42,278 nucleotides of DNA from a virus (Duplodnaviria; Caudoviricetes), in the IMG/VR virus record IMGVR_UViG_3300034521_000048, positions 1 to 42,278 of that record. One strand, written 5' to 3'. A program made the translations under genes and the position numbers. Numbering within the stretch: the stretch's first letter is position 1; the number at the start of each line of letters is the position of its first letter. Under the pieces are notes generated by a model. That model saw only the letters and a program-made list of their open reading frames with translations. It searched no databases and was not told the DNA's origin. This document shows positions 1 to 8,373 of the stretch, piece by piece.

Positions 1-580
1 TCGCCGTTCCGGCCACGTCGTCCCGCCCTGTGTAGGAAATATCGCGAACGATGATACTGGTGCCATCAAACCCCACCGACACATTCGGGTTATCCCATTT
101 GCCGAAAGGAATACCGCTGACCGGAAGCGAAGCGCTGCCGCTAACCGTAATGCGCCCGGAATAAGCGCAGGTCATCAGCGCAGCCTGATTGGATATAGCG
201 GTAAAGTCAGTCGAGTTTGAAACCAGTAAACCTTCGTTATACGTCGCCGCAGGCAGCAGCTCCATAACGTAGCCTGACCAGTCAGGGACAATACTTTTTC
301 CACCGATAGTCTCAGCCCCGATGATGACCCCGGAATCACCGTTTCGGGTGACACCCGTCATTATGGCCACGTCGAATTCAGCAAAGGAATAGATGTATAT
401 GGGATTGGTTGGCACCACGATAACCTGCGAACCGGGAACAAGCGGCGTATTGACCGGGTACTGCATTGCCTGAGATGACCAGCCCGAGAACGATGTACAA
501 AAACTGGGGGCACGCAGCCCCGCCGTAATTGCCATTACCGGACGGCCATCGTTGTAATCAATCAGAATACCTTCCGGCAT
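1..580 (-). CDS. Tail tip/fibre-associated protein (DUF6453-like), partial, runs off window start
   Basis: ATG at 580 overlaps the J stop (TAATG). The frame reads MPEGILIDYNDGRPVMAITAGLRAPSFC... and stays open to position 1. Position after J is typical. Not in the ORF track because it is truncated. Confidence 0.7.
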   Translation of the reverse strand, partial: MPEGILIDYNDGRPVMAITAGLRAPSFCTSFSGWSSQAMQYPVNTPLVPGSQVIVVPTNPIYIYSFAEFDVAIMTGVTRNGDSGVIIGAETIGGKSIVPDWSGYVMELLPAATYNEGLLVSNSTDFTAISNQAALMTCAYSGRITVSGSASLPVSGIPFGKWDNPNVSVGFDGTSIIVRDISYTGRDDVAGTA

Positions 581-3500
581 TATGACCACCTCCCGACGAC
601 AACCCGTCCACCACCAGACAAATTAACGGTCAGCCCATTTCCGTTGATGACGACAGTGTTATTGGTGCCGTTAAATGCAAAATTACCGTTGTTGGCATAA
701 ATTGAACCACGGACAGTGACATCATTGAATGTCGCATAGCCTGATTTGTTGATATGCCAACCAACATTACCGGTACCATCCCAGGTGTTAGACTGAATGT
801 AATTACCAATTTTTGTATTGATAATAGTGCCATCCTGGATGAAGCCAGAACTGATAAACACCTGACCATTAACAACAGCAAAGGGTGAATACTGCGTATC
901 ACCGCTGCCACTCATCAGGACGAACTGGTTGGCGTTAAATCCGACGCGAGTGACCACCGGCTTACCCGCTTCCGCCAGCACCGCAATCGACATCCCGGCC
1001 CCGTAAAAAATATCGTTGATGCGCACTCCGACTTTCAGGGTATGAATGGCCGTAGCACTTGTAGCGTCAACGGTGGCTGTGAGCTTATCCTCAAGCGAGG
1101 CGGTTACATCTTTAATCTGCGCCTGCACCTGCGTCGACATTTCAGCCATGGCCTTATCGACCTGCGCAATGGTCGTTTTGACCACCAGAATATCCGCGCG
1201 CACTTCGCCGTACTGCGCCCACTGGTGTTCCACCGTTCCATGATTGGCCAGCGCATTCTGCAACGCGGCTTCCAGGTTGGTATCAATGTCGCTTGTCAGG
1301 CGGCCACCGTCTGCAGACGTCAGGAAGTCATCAGCAATATCGCCCAGGTAGTCGTCAGCATTCGCGCTGGATTGGCCACGAATCCAGTCGGTCCAGTCAC
1401 TCTGATTACCAATGCGATCGACCAGACGAGCCCGGTACCAGAACTCCTGACCAGCCTTCAAACCCAGTTGGGTATATGTGTGTTGAGGATACGGAACTCC
1501 GGCAAGCAGCAGAGGATTATCCCCATTACCGTTTGCTGAATACTGCAACTCAGTCTGTAGCGTGTCACCTGTATCAGCCGGGAAGGACCAGTCAACCTGA
1601 ATACCCCAGTTGATTGCAGTGGTACGAAGTCCAATCGGTTTTGGAACTTCACCGGTGCGGCCGGTAAGATGGGTCAACGCAGAGGTGGCCCAAAGGCTAG
1701 ACGCTCCCCCAGAGTTAATCGCACGGACGCGCACAAGGTAATCACCGGAATAAATCCCGGAGACCTCTATATTGCGCAGGCCTGTTTCGGGAATATTGAT
1801 CCACTCATTATCACCACGTTTCCACTGTGCCTGATACGCGACAATATCTGCCTGGGTTTTCCCGTTTTTATCTACTGGCGCATCCCAACTCGCAACCATA
1901 GTGGCGATACGCTGCCCCTGGCGGACCGAATCGTAGCTGCTAATTGCGATGTTCGACGGTTGCCCTACCAGGCCTGTCGGTATCAGACTGATCGGTGGCG
2001 TATCCAGTCGGGCATTGTTATCAACGGCATCATATTTCGCCCCGTTGTACTCTGCACCGGTGATACTGTAGGTGTTCTCCTCATCGTTAAATGTCAGATT
2101 GGTTACACGGAAATACTGGAGACGCAACTGACCTGCATCGATAACAAAAATGGCATTAGGTAGTGGCTCAGCGGTAAAGGCAGTTGCCAGTATCAGTTGC
2201 TGGCCGTTAACGGCCTGAATGGATCTGCTCTCAACGATACCGCCCTGGGTGCGAATCATCAGCGTATCGCCGGCTAATGTGCTTGTTCCCCGATCGGTAG
2301 TTACAGATTTCAGCGCGGCGTTGTATTCAGTAATACGTCCACCATAGACACGGCCAGACAGCCGCTCATCGGCAAAGGCGAACACTGTCCCAGGTACATA
2401 GGCGAAGCCATCGAGTCCAGTCTGAACAGTGATAATGCGGTCCAGCGAGTTGGAGTAGACTGCCCACCCTCCGCGGCGTTGCGCCTCGCTTTCACGCGTG
2501 CATCCGATAGCAGTGAGTTGTGTCTGCTTAAATTTGAACTGTTTTACCAGGTCAGGAAACATTACTGCTGTAGTTCGGTCCTGATAGTGATTATCCGGAT
2601 CGCTAAAGTTAATCAACGCTGAACTATAGCGGTTCTTTTCACTGCCGCTGGAATATGTTGGCTTGCCGACTACCGAAGCACGGGTGAGGATCTGCAGCTT
2701 AGATATGTCCGCTGGCATATCAGAGACAACATTGAACATGTTGTTGCCCCAGAACGTCATGCCGTTAAAACCGGCAGCAATGTCCTTAATCACCTGCCAG
2801 GCGTCGGCCTGAGCCTGAATATAAACGTCAAACATAAAACGAGGCTCGGTACCGCTACCTCCCTTGCCATCCGGCACTTTCTGATCACAACGCTGGGCAA
2901 TACGATACAACTCCCACTTATCAAGCATCGCTGCCGTAACCCTGCGACCGAGACCAAAGCGGGGTTCAGTCAGAATATCGAACCAAATCCATGCGGGATT
3001 ATTCGTCCATCCCCATTTGAATGTACCGTCCCATGTACCGCTATACGCACGAGCAATCGGATCGTAGTTCTGAGGGATACGGATTACCCTTCCCTTCGGC
3101 TTACATGAAATCTTCGGAATATTGCTGAATGACTTAGCATTGAATGACACATACAGCAGCGCCGTGTGCGGATATCGCAGGCGGGCATCGATTACCTCAG
3201 TGATTGCCTGCACCTGGGTTTTGTTCTGCAGCATCTGGCTAGTGCTATCAGCGGTATCTCGAACAACGCGAATCTGCCAACCGGTTGTAGCTTTGGGCAA
3301 ATTGATACGGTGCGTCAGCTCATAGAGAGAGCTGAGTTTCTCCGTCACCGTTTTGGTCATCACCGTAGAATACGCGCCACCATCAACGGCGAGATCAATA
3401 TGGTATTGCACGGTTGTACCAACGATATCACCATCATTTTCCTGCTGCTGAAGTCCTGGAATACCAATGCGCACCAGTACAGCATCGATCTGGGTATTAC

Positions 3501-3828
3501 TGATAGCTCGAGTCCATGGGGTGACTTTCGTCAGCGAAACACCAATGCTGGTTTCATTTTCAACTGCCGGGAATCCGGGGATTGGTGTCTGAACCTGAGT
3601 GCCAGAACGGAAGTCCCAGGTAACGTTCTCAAAGTTCATCGTACCATCGGCATTGCCCAGCGGAGTGCCGTCTAAGAAAATACGCGTGGCATCCAGCCCA
3701 CCAGCAAACTCACCTTCACCCAGCGCCAGCAACATACGACAACGCGCCATAGATTGGGCTGAATCAGGCTGTTCTACGGGCGTGTGCTGCTTCTGGCTGC
3801 CACCCTTTGCACCAGTAATCGTTGCCAT
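580..3828 (-). CDS. J: Central tail tip / host specificity protein J
   Basis: 1082 aa. N-terminal ITGAKGG, ALGEGE, LRYPHTAL and WTNNPAW motifs, FN3-like region and coiled-coil/DUF1983-like C-terminus, as in lambda J. Confidence 0.95.
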   Translation of the reverse strand: MATITGAKGGSQKQHTPVEQPDSAQSMARCRMLLALGEGEFAGGLDATRIFLDGTPLGNADGTMNFENVTWDFRSGTQVQTPIPGFPAVENETSIGVSLTKVTPWTRAISNTQIDAVLVRIGIPGLQQQENDGDIVGTTVQYHIDLAVDGGAYSTVMTKTVTEKLSSLYELTHRINLPKATTGWQIRVVRDTADSTSQMLQNKTQVQAITEVIDARLRYPHTALLYVSFNAKSFSNIPKISCKPKGRVIRIPQNYDPIARAYSGTWDGTFKWGWTNNPAWIWFDILTEPRFGLGRRVTAAMLDKWELYRIAQRCDQKVPDGKGGSGTEPRFMFDVYIQAQADAWQVIKDIAAGFNGMTFWGNNMFNVVSDMPADISKLQILTRASVVGKPTYSSGSEKNRYSSALINFSDPDNHYQDRTTAVMFPDLVKQFKFKQTQLTAIGCTRESEAQRRGGWAVYSNSLDRIITVQTGLDGFAYVPGTVFAFADERLSGRVYGGRITEYNAALKSVTTDRGTSTLAGDTLMIRTQGGIVESRSIQAVNGQQLILATAFTAEPLPNAIFVIDAGQLRLQYFRVTNLTFNDEENTYSITGAEYNGAKYDAVDNNARLDTPPISLIPTGLVGQPSNIAISSYDSVRQGQRIATMVASWDAPVDKNGKTQADIVAYQAQWKRGDNEWINIPETGLRNIEVSGIYSGDYLVRVRAINSGGASSLWATSALTHLTGRTGEVPKPIGLRTTAINWGIQVDWSFPADTGDTLQTELQYSANGNGDNPLLLAGVPYPQHTYTQLGLKAGQEFWYRARLVDRIGNQSDWTDWIRGQSSANADDYLGDIADDFLTSADGGRLTSDIDTNLEAALQNALANHGTVEHQWAQYGEVRADILVVKTTIAQVDKAMAEMSTQVQAQIKDVTASLEDKLTATVDATSATAIHTLKVGVRINDIFYGAGMSIAVLAEAGKPVVTRVGFNANQFVLMSGSGDTQYSPFAVVNGQVFISSGFIQDGTIINTKIGNYIQSNTWDGTGNVGWHINKSGYATFNDVTVRGSIYANNGNFAFNGTNNTVVINGNGLTVNLSGGGRVVVGRWS

Positions 3829-3838
3829 ATTGCATCCA

Positions 3839-3864
3839 TAAAAAAAGCACCCGGAGGGGTGCTA
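3839..3864 (-). terminator. Intrinsic terminator-like hairpin between I and J
   Basis: AGCACCC-loop-GGGTGCT followed by a T-run on the minus strand. Confidence 0.6.
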
Positions 3865-3883
3865 ATTGAAGAGTGAGAAACTG

Positions 3884-4477
3884 TCAGATGTCCTCACTAA
3901 TTATACCCGCTGAGATAATGGCGCCGCCAATCTCACGTTCGCCATATAGCAGCGCGACCGGGTTGCCCATCGCCAGGGTATTCACTGAGCCGCCAAAGGC
4001 GTAGGAGGGTTTGTTATCGGGATCGTCGCGACCCTGCAGGCCTTTGGGTTGGGGGGAAAGCATCTGGAAGACACCTCCCGCCATCATTCCTACACCACCA
4101 GCAGCAAGACTCGCCCCAAACGTAGCCAAGGTGCCCGAGCTAAAATAAGAGATTGCGATACCTGCTACTACCATCACGGCTCCGAGTATGGTCTGGAATA
4201 GCCCGGCCTTTTTCGCTCCCTCCATTATCGGCGCGATGCGGATATCACTACCGCCGCCCAGTTCCCGGTAATCCTGCACGCCGATATTACGTTTGCCTCG
4301 GAACACTGCGAACGTCATGCCGTTTTTCTTGGCGTCATAGAGATATTGTTCCAGCCCATCGAAATTAATGCACAAGGCTTTCACCGCTTCCGCTGACGTT
4401 TGTACTGCCAGCTGATGCACGCGGCCGAATCGTGCGCCGAGTGTGCCATACAGACGAATAGTGGTTAGCCGCGCCAT
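3884..4477 (-). CDS. I: Tail assembly protein I
   Basis: IRLYGxLGxxFGR N-terminus, Gly-rich hydrophobic middle, PVALLYG/IISAGI C-terminus. Confidence 0.93.
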   Translation of the reverse strand: MARLTTIRLYGTLGARFGRVHQLAVQTSAEAVKALCINFDGLEQYLYDAKKNGMTFAVFRGKRNIGVQDYRELGGGSDIRIAPIMEGAKKAGLFQTILGAVMVVAGIAISYFSSGTLATFGASLAAGGVGMMAGGVFQMLSPQPKGLQGRDDPDNKPSYAFGGSVNTLAMGNPVALLYGEREIGGAIISAGIISEDI

Positions 4478-5196
4478 GGTTTAATCTCCTCTGACAGGTC
4501 TTTGTGGCGGACGCAGATCATCGTCCGGTCTTTGAAGTAGCCGCGGGCATACGGCGTGACGCAGGATGGCTGGCCGTACAGGTGGTGCAGCAGCTCGCCC
4601 TCCTCGGTGATGACCCCCGCATGGTTCCACTTACCGGATTCGACCTGCATGATGACCATGCACCCAGGAGCCGGATCGCATTCAATGAATCCCTCTCTCT
4701 CCCAATTATCGAAGTAGAGGTTGTCCGGGTACTGGCTTTCCCACCACGGGTAATCGACCCGGAAATCATTCAGCGTTACACCCTGGGTGGTATGCCAGTC
4801 CATGATCAACCCCCAGCAGTCGTGAGAGCCAAGGATGAACGGGCGGCCGATTAGCGGAATAGCATCCGGGGTTATCTCGGCGTATTCATCGCAATCAGGC
4901 GCATATATTCCCCATACCACACCTGACTGGTTGCATTGCTGGCGATCGAGGTCTGAGGGGATAGCCCTGGCTCCATCGCCAGGATGCGAGTGAATGACTC
5001 GAATAATGGTCCCTGCATCCTCGGCATTTGCCCAGTACTCACCATCAATACGGAAATGCTCAGATGGGTTTTCATGACTGTTCGGTACCGAAATATATCG
5101 CTGACGCCGTCCTGATTGGATGACAAAGCCGCAGCACTCTCGTGGCGACTCCTCCAGAGCATGCGCCCGGATAGCAGCCATAATAGTTTTGTTCAT
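4465..5196 (-). CDS. K: Tail assembly protein K (JAB/MPN + NlpC/P60)
   Basis: PRECCG, HSHP, DCWGL and NHAGV motifs. Confidence 0.93.
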   Translation of the reverse strand: MNKTIMAAIRAHALEESPRECCGFVIQSGRRQRYISVPNSHENPSEHFRIDGEYWANAEDAGTIIRVIHSHPGDGARAIPSDLDRQQCNQSGVVWGIYAPDCDEYAEITPDAIPLIGRPFILGSHDCWGLIMDWHTTQGVTLNDFRVDYPWWESQYPDNLYFDNWEREGFIECDPAPGCMVIMQVESGKWNHAGVITEEGELLHHLYGQPSCVTPYARGYFKDRTMICVRHKDLSEEIKPWRG

Positions 5197-5208
5197 TGGT
5201 ATTTCCGT

Positions 5209-5982
5209 TTATCGGGAGAAGAGAACAGTTGCCGGGAATCCACCAAAATCGAGGGTGGCAGTATTGGGTTCAGCCAGGCCCGCACCAAATCGCTTGCGGC
5301 AATCGCTCAGGCAACCACCGCACACGTCAAGCGCAGGGTCAGCAACCGCATTCCCCTTCGCATCAAAATACGCTGTTCCGTTGTAGGTGCAGCCGTCACC
5401 GCTTCGGTACTGGCCGCGCAGCGCCCACTCGCACAGCGATGTAATTTGACGGGTGGGAATAACCAGGTTCTGCAAATCCGCTGGGCTACTCAACGCCCAC
5501 GTCACCACTTCATCATCTTCAGAGGTTTTCGTGTCCAGCCAGAAAGTCTGGAGAGTAAACATCGACGGATCAGCTGTCGCGTTCACGCCACCAGGGAAGT
5601 TCACCGCATCGAGGTAAACAGTGTAGGTGTCGATGATACTCACCTTAGCGTTAACCATGTCCTTGAACTGCAGGCAGAGCGCAGTGATATGCCCGTCAAG
5701 GTTCGATACGCTAAGTTTCGGCTCAGCGGCCTGGTCGGTCGAGAGAGCGAGGTCAGAAATCTGGAATGGCCAGAAGTCGAAGGTTTTACCATCCCAAAAT
5801 ATGGGCTTTGGTCCAAGTTTAGTCTCATCGCCTTTCGCCGCTTCGATCTCGGCGGGTGTATGGGGAAATGGACTGTAGTGGAAGCGATGAATACCGCCAC
5901 TGAACTCTGAAGCATCTACTTCAACCAGCCGGACTCTACCGCCCGGCGCCAGCATTGCAGCTGTATCAATCAGTGCTGTCAT
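5209..5982 (-). CDS. L: Minor tail protein L
   Basis: C-terminal Cys cluster (CEW..YRSGDGCTY, CGGCLSDCRKRF, FGGFP). Confidence 0.93.
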   Translation of the reverse strand: MTALIDTAAMLAPGGRVRLVEVDASEFSGGIHRFHYSPFPHTPAEIEAAKGDETKLGPKPIFWDGKTFDFWPFQISDLALSTDQAAEPKLSVSNLDGHITALCLQFKDMVNAKVSIIDTYTVYLDAVNFPGGVNATADPSMFTLQTFWLDTKTSEDDEVVTWALSSPADLQNLVIPTRQITSLCEWALRGQYRSGDGCTYNGTAYFDAKGNAVADPALDVCGGCLSDCRKRFGAGLAEPNTATLDFGGFPATVLFSR

Positions 5983-5990
5983 GCTCCACC

Positions 5991-6341
5991 TCAGGCATAG
6001 ACGCCATAGGCGCGCTTAATCGTGAATGTAAGCTCAGCGAATTTGCTGCTAATCTGGTTTTTGCGCACGGAGTCGGCGACAACGCGGTACAGTCCTTTCT
6101 CTTCGCCCGGCGGCGTGATGATGAAAGCCTTAACGGTATGCGCCAGGAGAAAGTCCCGAACGGTATTCACTTCAGAATCAGCGCCCACATGCTTCATCGG
6201 TACCTGAATAGCAGTTGAGTTAATGCCGTTCTCGGCCACCTGTTCGTAACCGTCCCCGAACTGCGCAGACCGTATCGTTTGACTGTATTCGACAGCACCC
6301 GCGCCGAGCTGCGAATGCCAGTTGTAGGTTGCAACTGCCAT
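5991..6341 (-). CDS. M: Minor tail protein M (distal tail)
   Basis: AQFGDGYEQ..NGIN motif. Start adjusted to the ATG at 6341, which follows a GGAG RBS. Confidence 0.9.
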   Translation of the reverse strand: MAVATYNWHSQLGAGAVEYSQTIRSAQFGDGYEQVAENGINSTAIQVPMKHVGADSEVNTVRDFLLAHTVKAFIITPPGEEKGLYRVVADSVRKNQISSKFAELTFTIKRAYGVYA

Positions 6342-6351
6342 ATTTACTCCA

Positions 6352-6373
6352 TAAAAAAACCCGCCGAAGCGGG
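6352..6373 (-). terminator. Intrinsic terminator closing the Panacea moron
   Basis: ACCCGC-TTCG-GCGGGT followed by a T-run on the minus strand. Confidence 0.75.
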
Positions 6374-6424
6374 TGTTTGTATTTTTATATCCAATATACC
6401 AAACCTGCAAAAAGCGGATTTGTG

Positions 6425-6877
6425 TTATGTGCCGGTCATATCATCTGATGGTTGAGGTTGATCCACTAACTCGTTGTTAGAGCAATACCTTTCTTTAAAC
6501 CTGATGTGCTTTGGCTTGGCTTGTTCAGAAATGTCGAAGCCTGAAAGGACTCGCTCAAAGGAAACCTCAGACATATCGTCATGTGCCGTTATCTCACCAG
6601 CAGCTTGTTTCCTTTCAACATTATCGACACGCCAGATAACGGCCTCAGCATAAACAACATAACTCGGATGCTGAATAAATCGATGGTCGCCAGGGTTAAG
6701 CACGCAAGCATCATCGTGAGGGACACCCGGCTTAATACTAGAGACATTCACAACCAAAATGCAGTAACAGTCATTTATTGGGTAATAAACAGGATCGTTG
6801 CAAATCACATGGAGATGATTGCATGGTCCACTCGGAGCTAAGACTGTTCCTTTTCTATAAGGTTGAAATGTACTCAT
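6425..6877 (-). CDS. Hypothetical protein, putative toxin partner of the Panacea antitoxin
   Basis: 150 aa, ATGA-coupled to the upstream DUF4065 gene. The beta-rich pattern (HLHVIC, ILVVNVSS, HPSYVVY) is loosely reminiscent of PemK/MazF-type folds. Confidence 0.65.
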   Translation of the reverse strand: MSTFQPYRKGTVLAPSGPCNHLHVICNDPVYYPINDCYCILVVNVSSIKPGVPHDDACVLNPGDHRFIQHPSYVVYAEAVIWRVDNVERKQAAGEITAHDDMSEVSFERVLSGFDISEQAKPKHIRFKERYCSNNELVDQPQPSDDMTGT

Positions 6878-7446
6878 GACAATTGAGAAGAAAATTCCTT
6901 AAGCTCTTGTGATTCGCGCATGCTCCTGAGAATATTTTCAGCTTCTTCAGGAGTCTTCCCTGCATTCAAAAAGATCTCACGAACATCAATTGGGGCTCTC
7001 GAACCGTTAGGATCGTGCCATTCCGGACATACCTCACGCAGGTGGGTCATGTCACGCAGCTCATATCTGTTCATGTGACCATACTGTGCATAAATTTCAT
7101 CAAGAATACGTACATCAGCCCGGCTCAATTCATCGAACACCTCATCGACATCCATTTCACGGGGATCTGCACTCAGACATACATCGCGTCCAGCCGTATT
7201 TATCAGACGATACCAGTATTCGCCGTCAATATCTGCCCTACCACGAATCAAATCTAACGTGGTCGACATCACGGGACCATGAGGCATAGAGTAAAGGCGA
7301 TCTTCACCCATCATGCGCCCATACATGATCATTGATTGACGGTTTGCCAAGTATAGCAATTTCATTAGCTTCAGATATGCCATGCGCCCGCCACGTTTTA
7401 GTAGCAGGTAAGCAGCCATCTGAGCTACTTTTTCTTCGCAAAACAT
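6874..7446 (-). CDS. Panacea / DUF4065 (SocA-like) antitoxin
   Basis: LKLMKLLYLA, PHGPV and LRDMTH...PEW motifs characteristic of DUF4065. Confidence 0.88.
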   Translation of the reverse strand: MFCEEKVAQMAAYLLLKRGGRMAYLKLMKLLYLANRQSMIMYGRMMGEDRLYSMPHGPVMSTTLDLIRGRADIDGEYWYRLINTAGRDVCLSADPREMDVDEVFDELSRADVRILDEIYAQYGHMNRYELRDMTHLREVCPEWHDPNGSRAPIDVREIFLNAGKTPEEAENILRSMRESQELKEFSSQLS

Positions 7447-7489
7447 AGTTGAACCTCTAAATCAATAATGAAAGTACATCTCTACAACG

Positions 7490-7519
7490 ATTTTATAGCC
7501 AGCTATAACTTTTAAGCAA
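7490..7519 (-). promoter_or_regulatory. Putative sigma70 promoter of the Panacea operon with an overlapping palindrome
   Basis: TTGCTT-N16-TATAAA (or N18-TAAAAT) on the minus strand; TATAGC-CA-GCTATA at 7494-7507. Confidence 0.5.
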
Positions 7520-7646
7520 TCTTCATTTCGTCAAGATAGCCCCACGTTCGACGATGATCGTGATGACCATTTTGCAAATTAGCGTCATGTTTGCCGAAAT
7601 TACCTCTAAGGTAATTGCAGAATCACAACATGATCGTGCAAAGTTG

Positions 7647-7686
7647 CAATGCGTTCCAATGCGTTCCAATCTGTACCAATGCGAAT
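7647..7686. repeat. Four tandem 10-bp direct repeats
   Basis: CAATGCGTTC CAATGCGTTC CAATCTGTAC CAATGCGAAT. Confidence 0.8.
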
Positions 7687-7812
7687 AAATAGCACTTTTT
7701 GCACAAAAACATGGCCTACTTACAATGCATTTCCCAAAAGATTGCTGTAGTATCTCGCGCCCTCTGAATGCAGCGCTCAAATTTCAACCGCATTCCTCAG
7801 CCCGTTGACAAC

Positions 7813-7837
7813 AAAAAGCCCCGCGTTAGCGAGGCTG
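7813..7837 (-). terminator. Terminator after the lipoprotein moron
   Basis: AGCCTCGC-TAAC-GCGGGGCT followed by TTTT on the minus strand. Confidence 0.7.
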
Positions 7838-7848
7838 GGTGTTGGGTA

Positions 7849-8277
7849 TTATTGGTTCGGCAGCGTTTTGACATCCGTGTTTCCGCTCGGATCTGCAAAT
7901 AAACGCACAGCTTTAGTAGTATTCGCAGTGAGCATGAAGTCCCTTCCTGCGGGTATCTTGTCAGCGATGCACATCTTCCCTTCGCCCATTAACGCAACAT
8001 TCCATTCACCAGGCTTCAGGTAGAATTCAGCCTTTTCGCCGGGATCCAAGATGGCAGCTTTATGTTGGTTTAAGTAAACACCAACAAAGCAGCCACTGCC
8101 CAGATAACCTTTATCGCGAACCACTATCAATTTAGCCTGCTCACCATTTGTCGGCGTCTGATACTTCAGTAATCTCTCTATAGGTGCCGTCTTTGCCTGG
8201 CTTGGAAGCACTGCCTCGGTCGCGCAACCCGACAAAGAGAGTAAAGCGGCAATAATGAATAAATTTCTCACAATCAT
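7849..8277 (-). CDS. Lipoprotein moron
   Basis: Signal peptide with lipobox LSGC; flanked by an AT-rich upstream region and its own terminator. Confidence 0.8.
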   Translation of the reverse strand: MIVRNLFIIAALLSLSGCATEAVLPSQAKTAPIERLLKYQTPTNGEQAKLIVVRDKGYLGSGCFVGVYLNQHKAAILDPGEKAEFYLKPGEWNVALMGEGKMCIADKIPAGRDFMLTANTTKAVRLFADPSGNTDVKTLPNQ

Positions 8278-8373
8278 CTCCTAGGTAGCATGTTTTTAAG
8301 CATGATAACAAGGGGATGTAATGGTGTAACCAAGTGCGAGTGATATTACCATCTCAGAATAACAGCCAGACCA

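Noticed and set aside
1-3828. Diversity-generating retroelement or invertible tail-fibre switch
   Set aside because: No reverse transcriptase, invertase or template/variable repeat pair seen in the window.
5116-5910. Long plus-strand ORFs opposite structural genes (also 15338-16156, 16557-17333, 18032-18748 and others)
   Set aside because: Antisense shadows of well-supported minus-strand genes with no recognisable motifs.
7523-7780. 85-aa minus-strand ORF upstream of Panacea as a third gene
   Set aside because: Non-ATG start, no clear RBS and implausible composition; the region looks regulatory.
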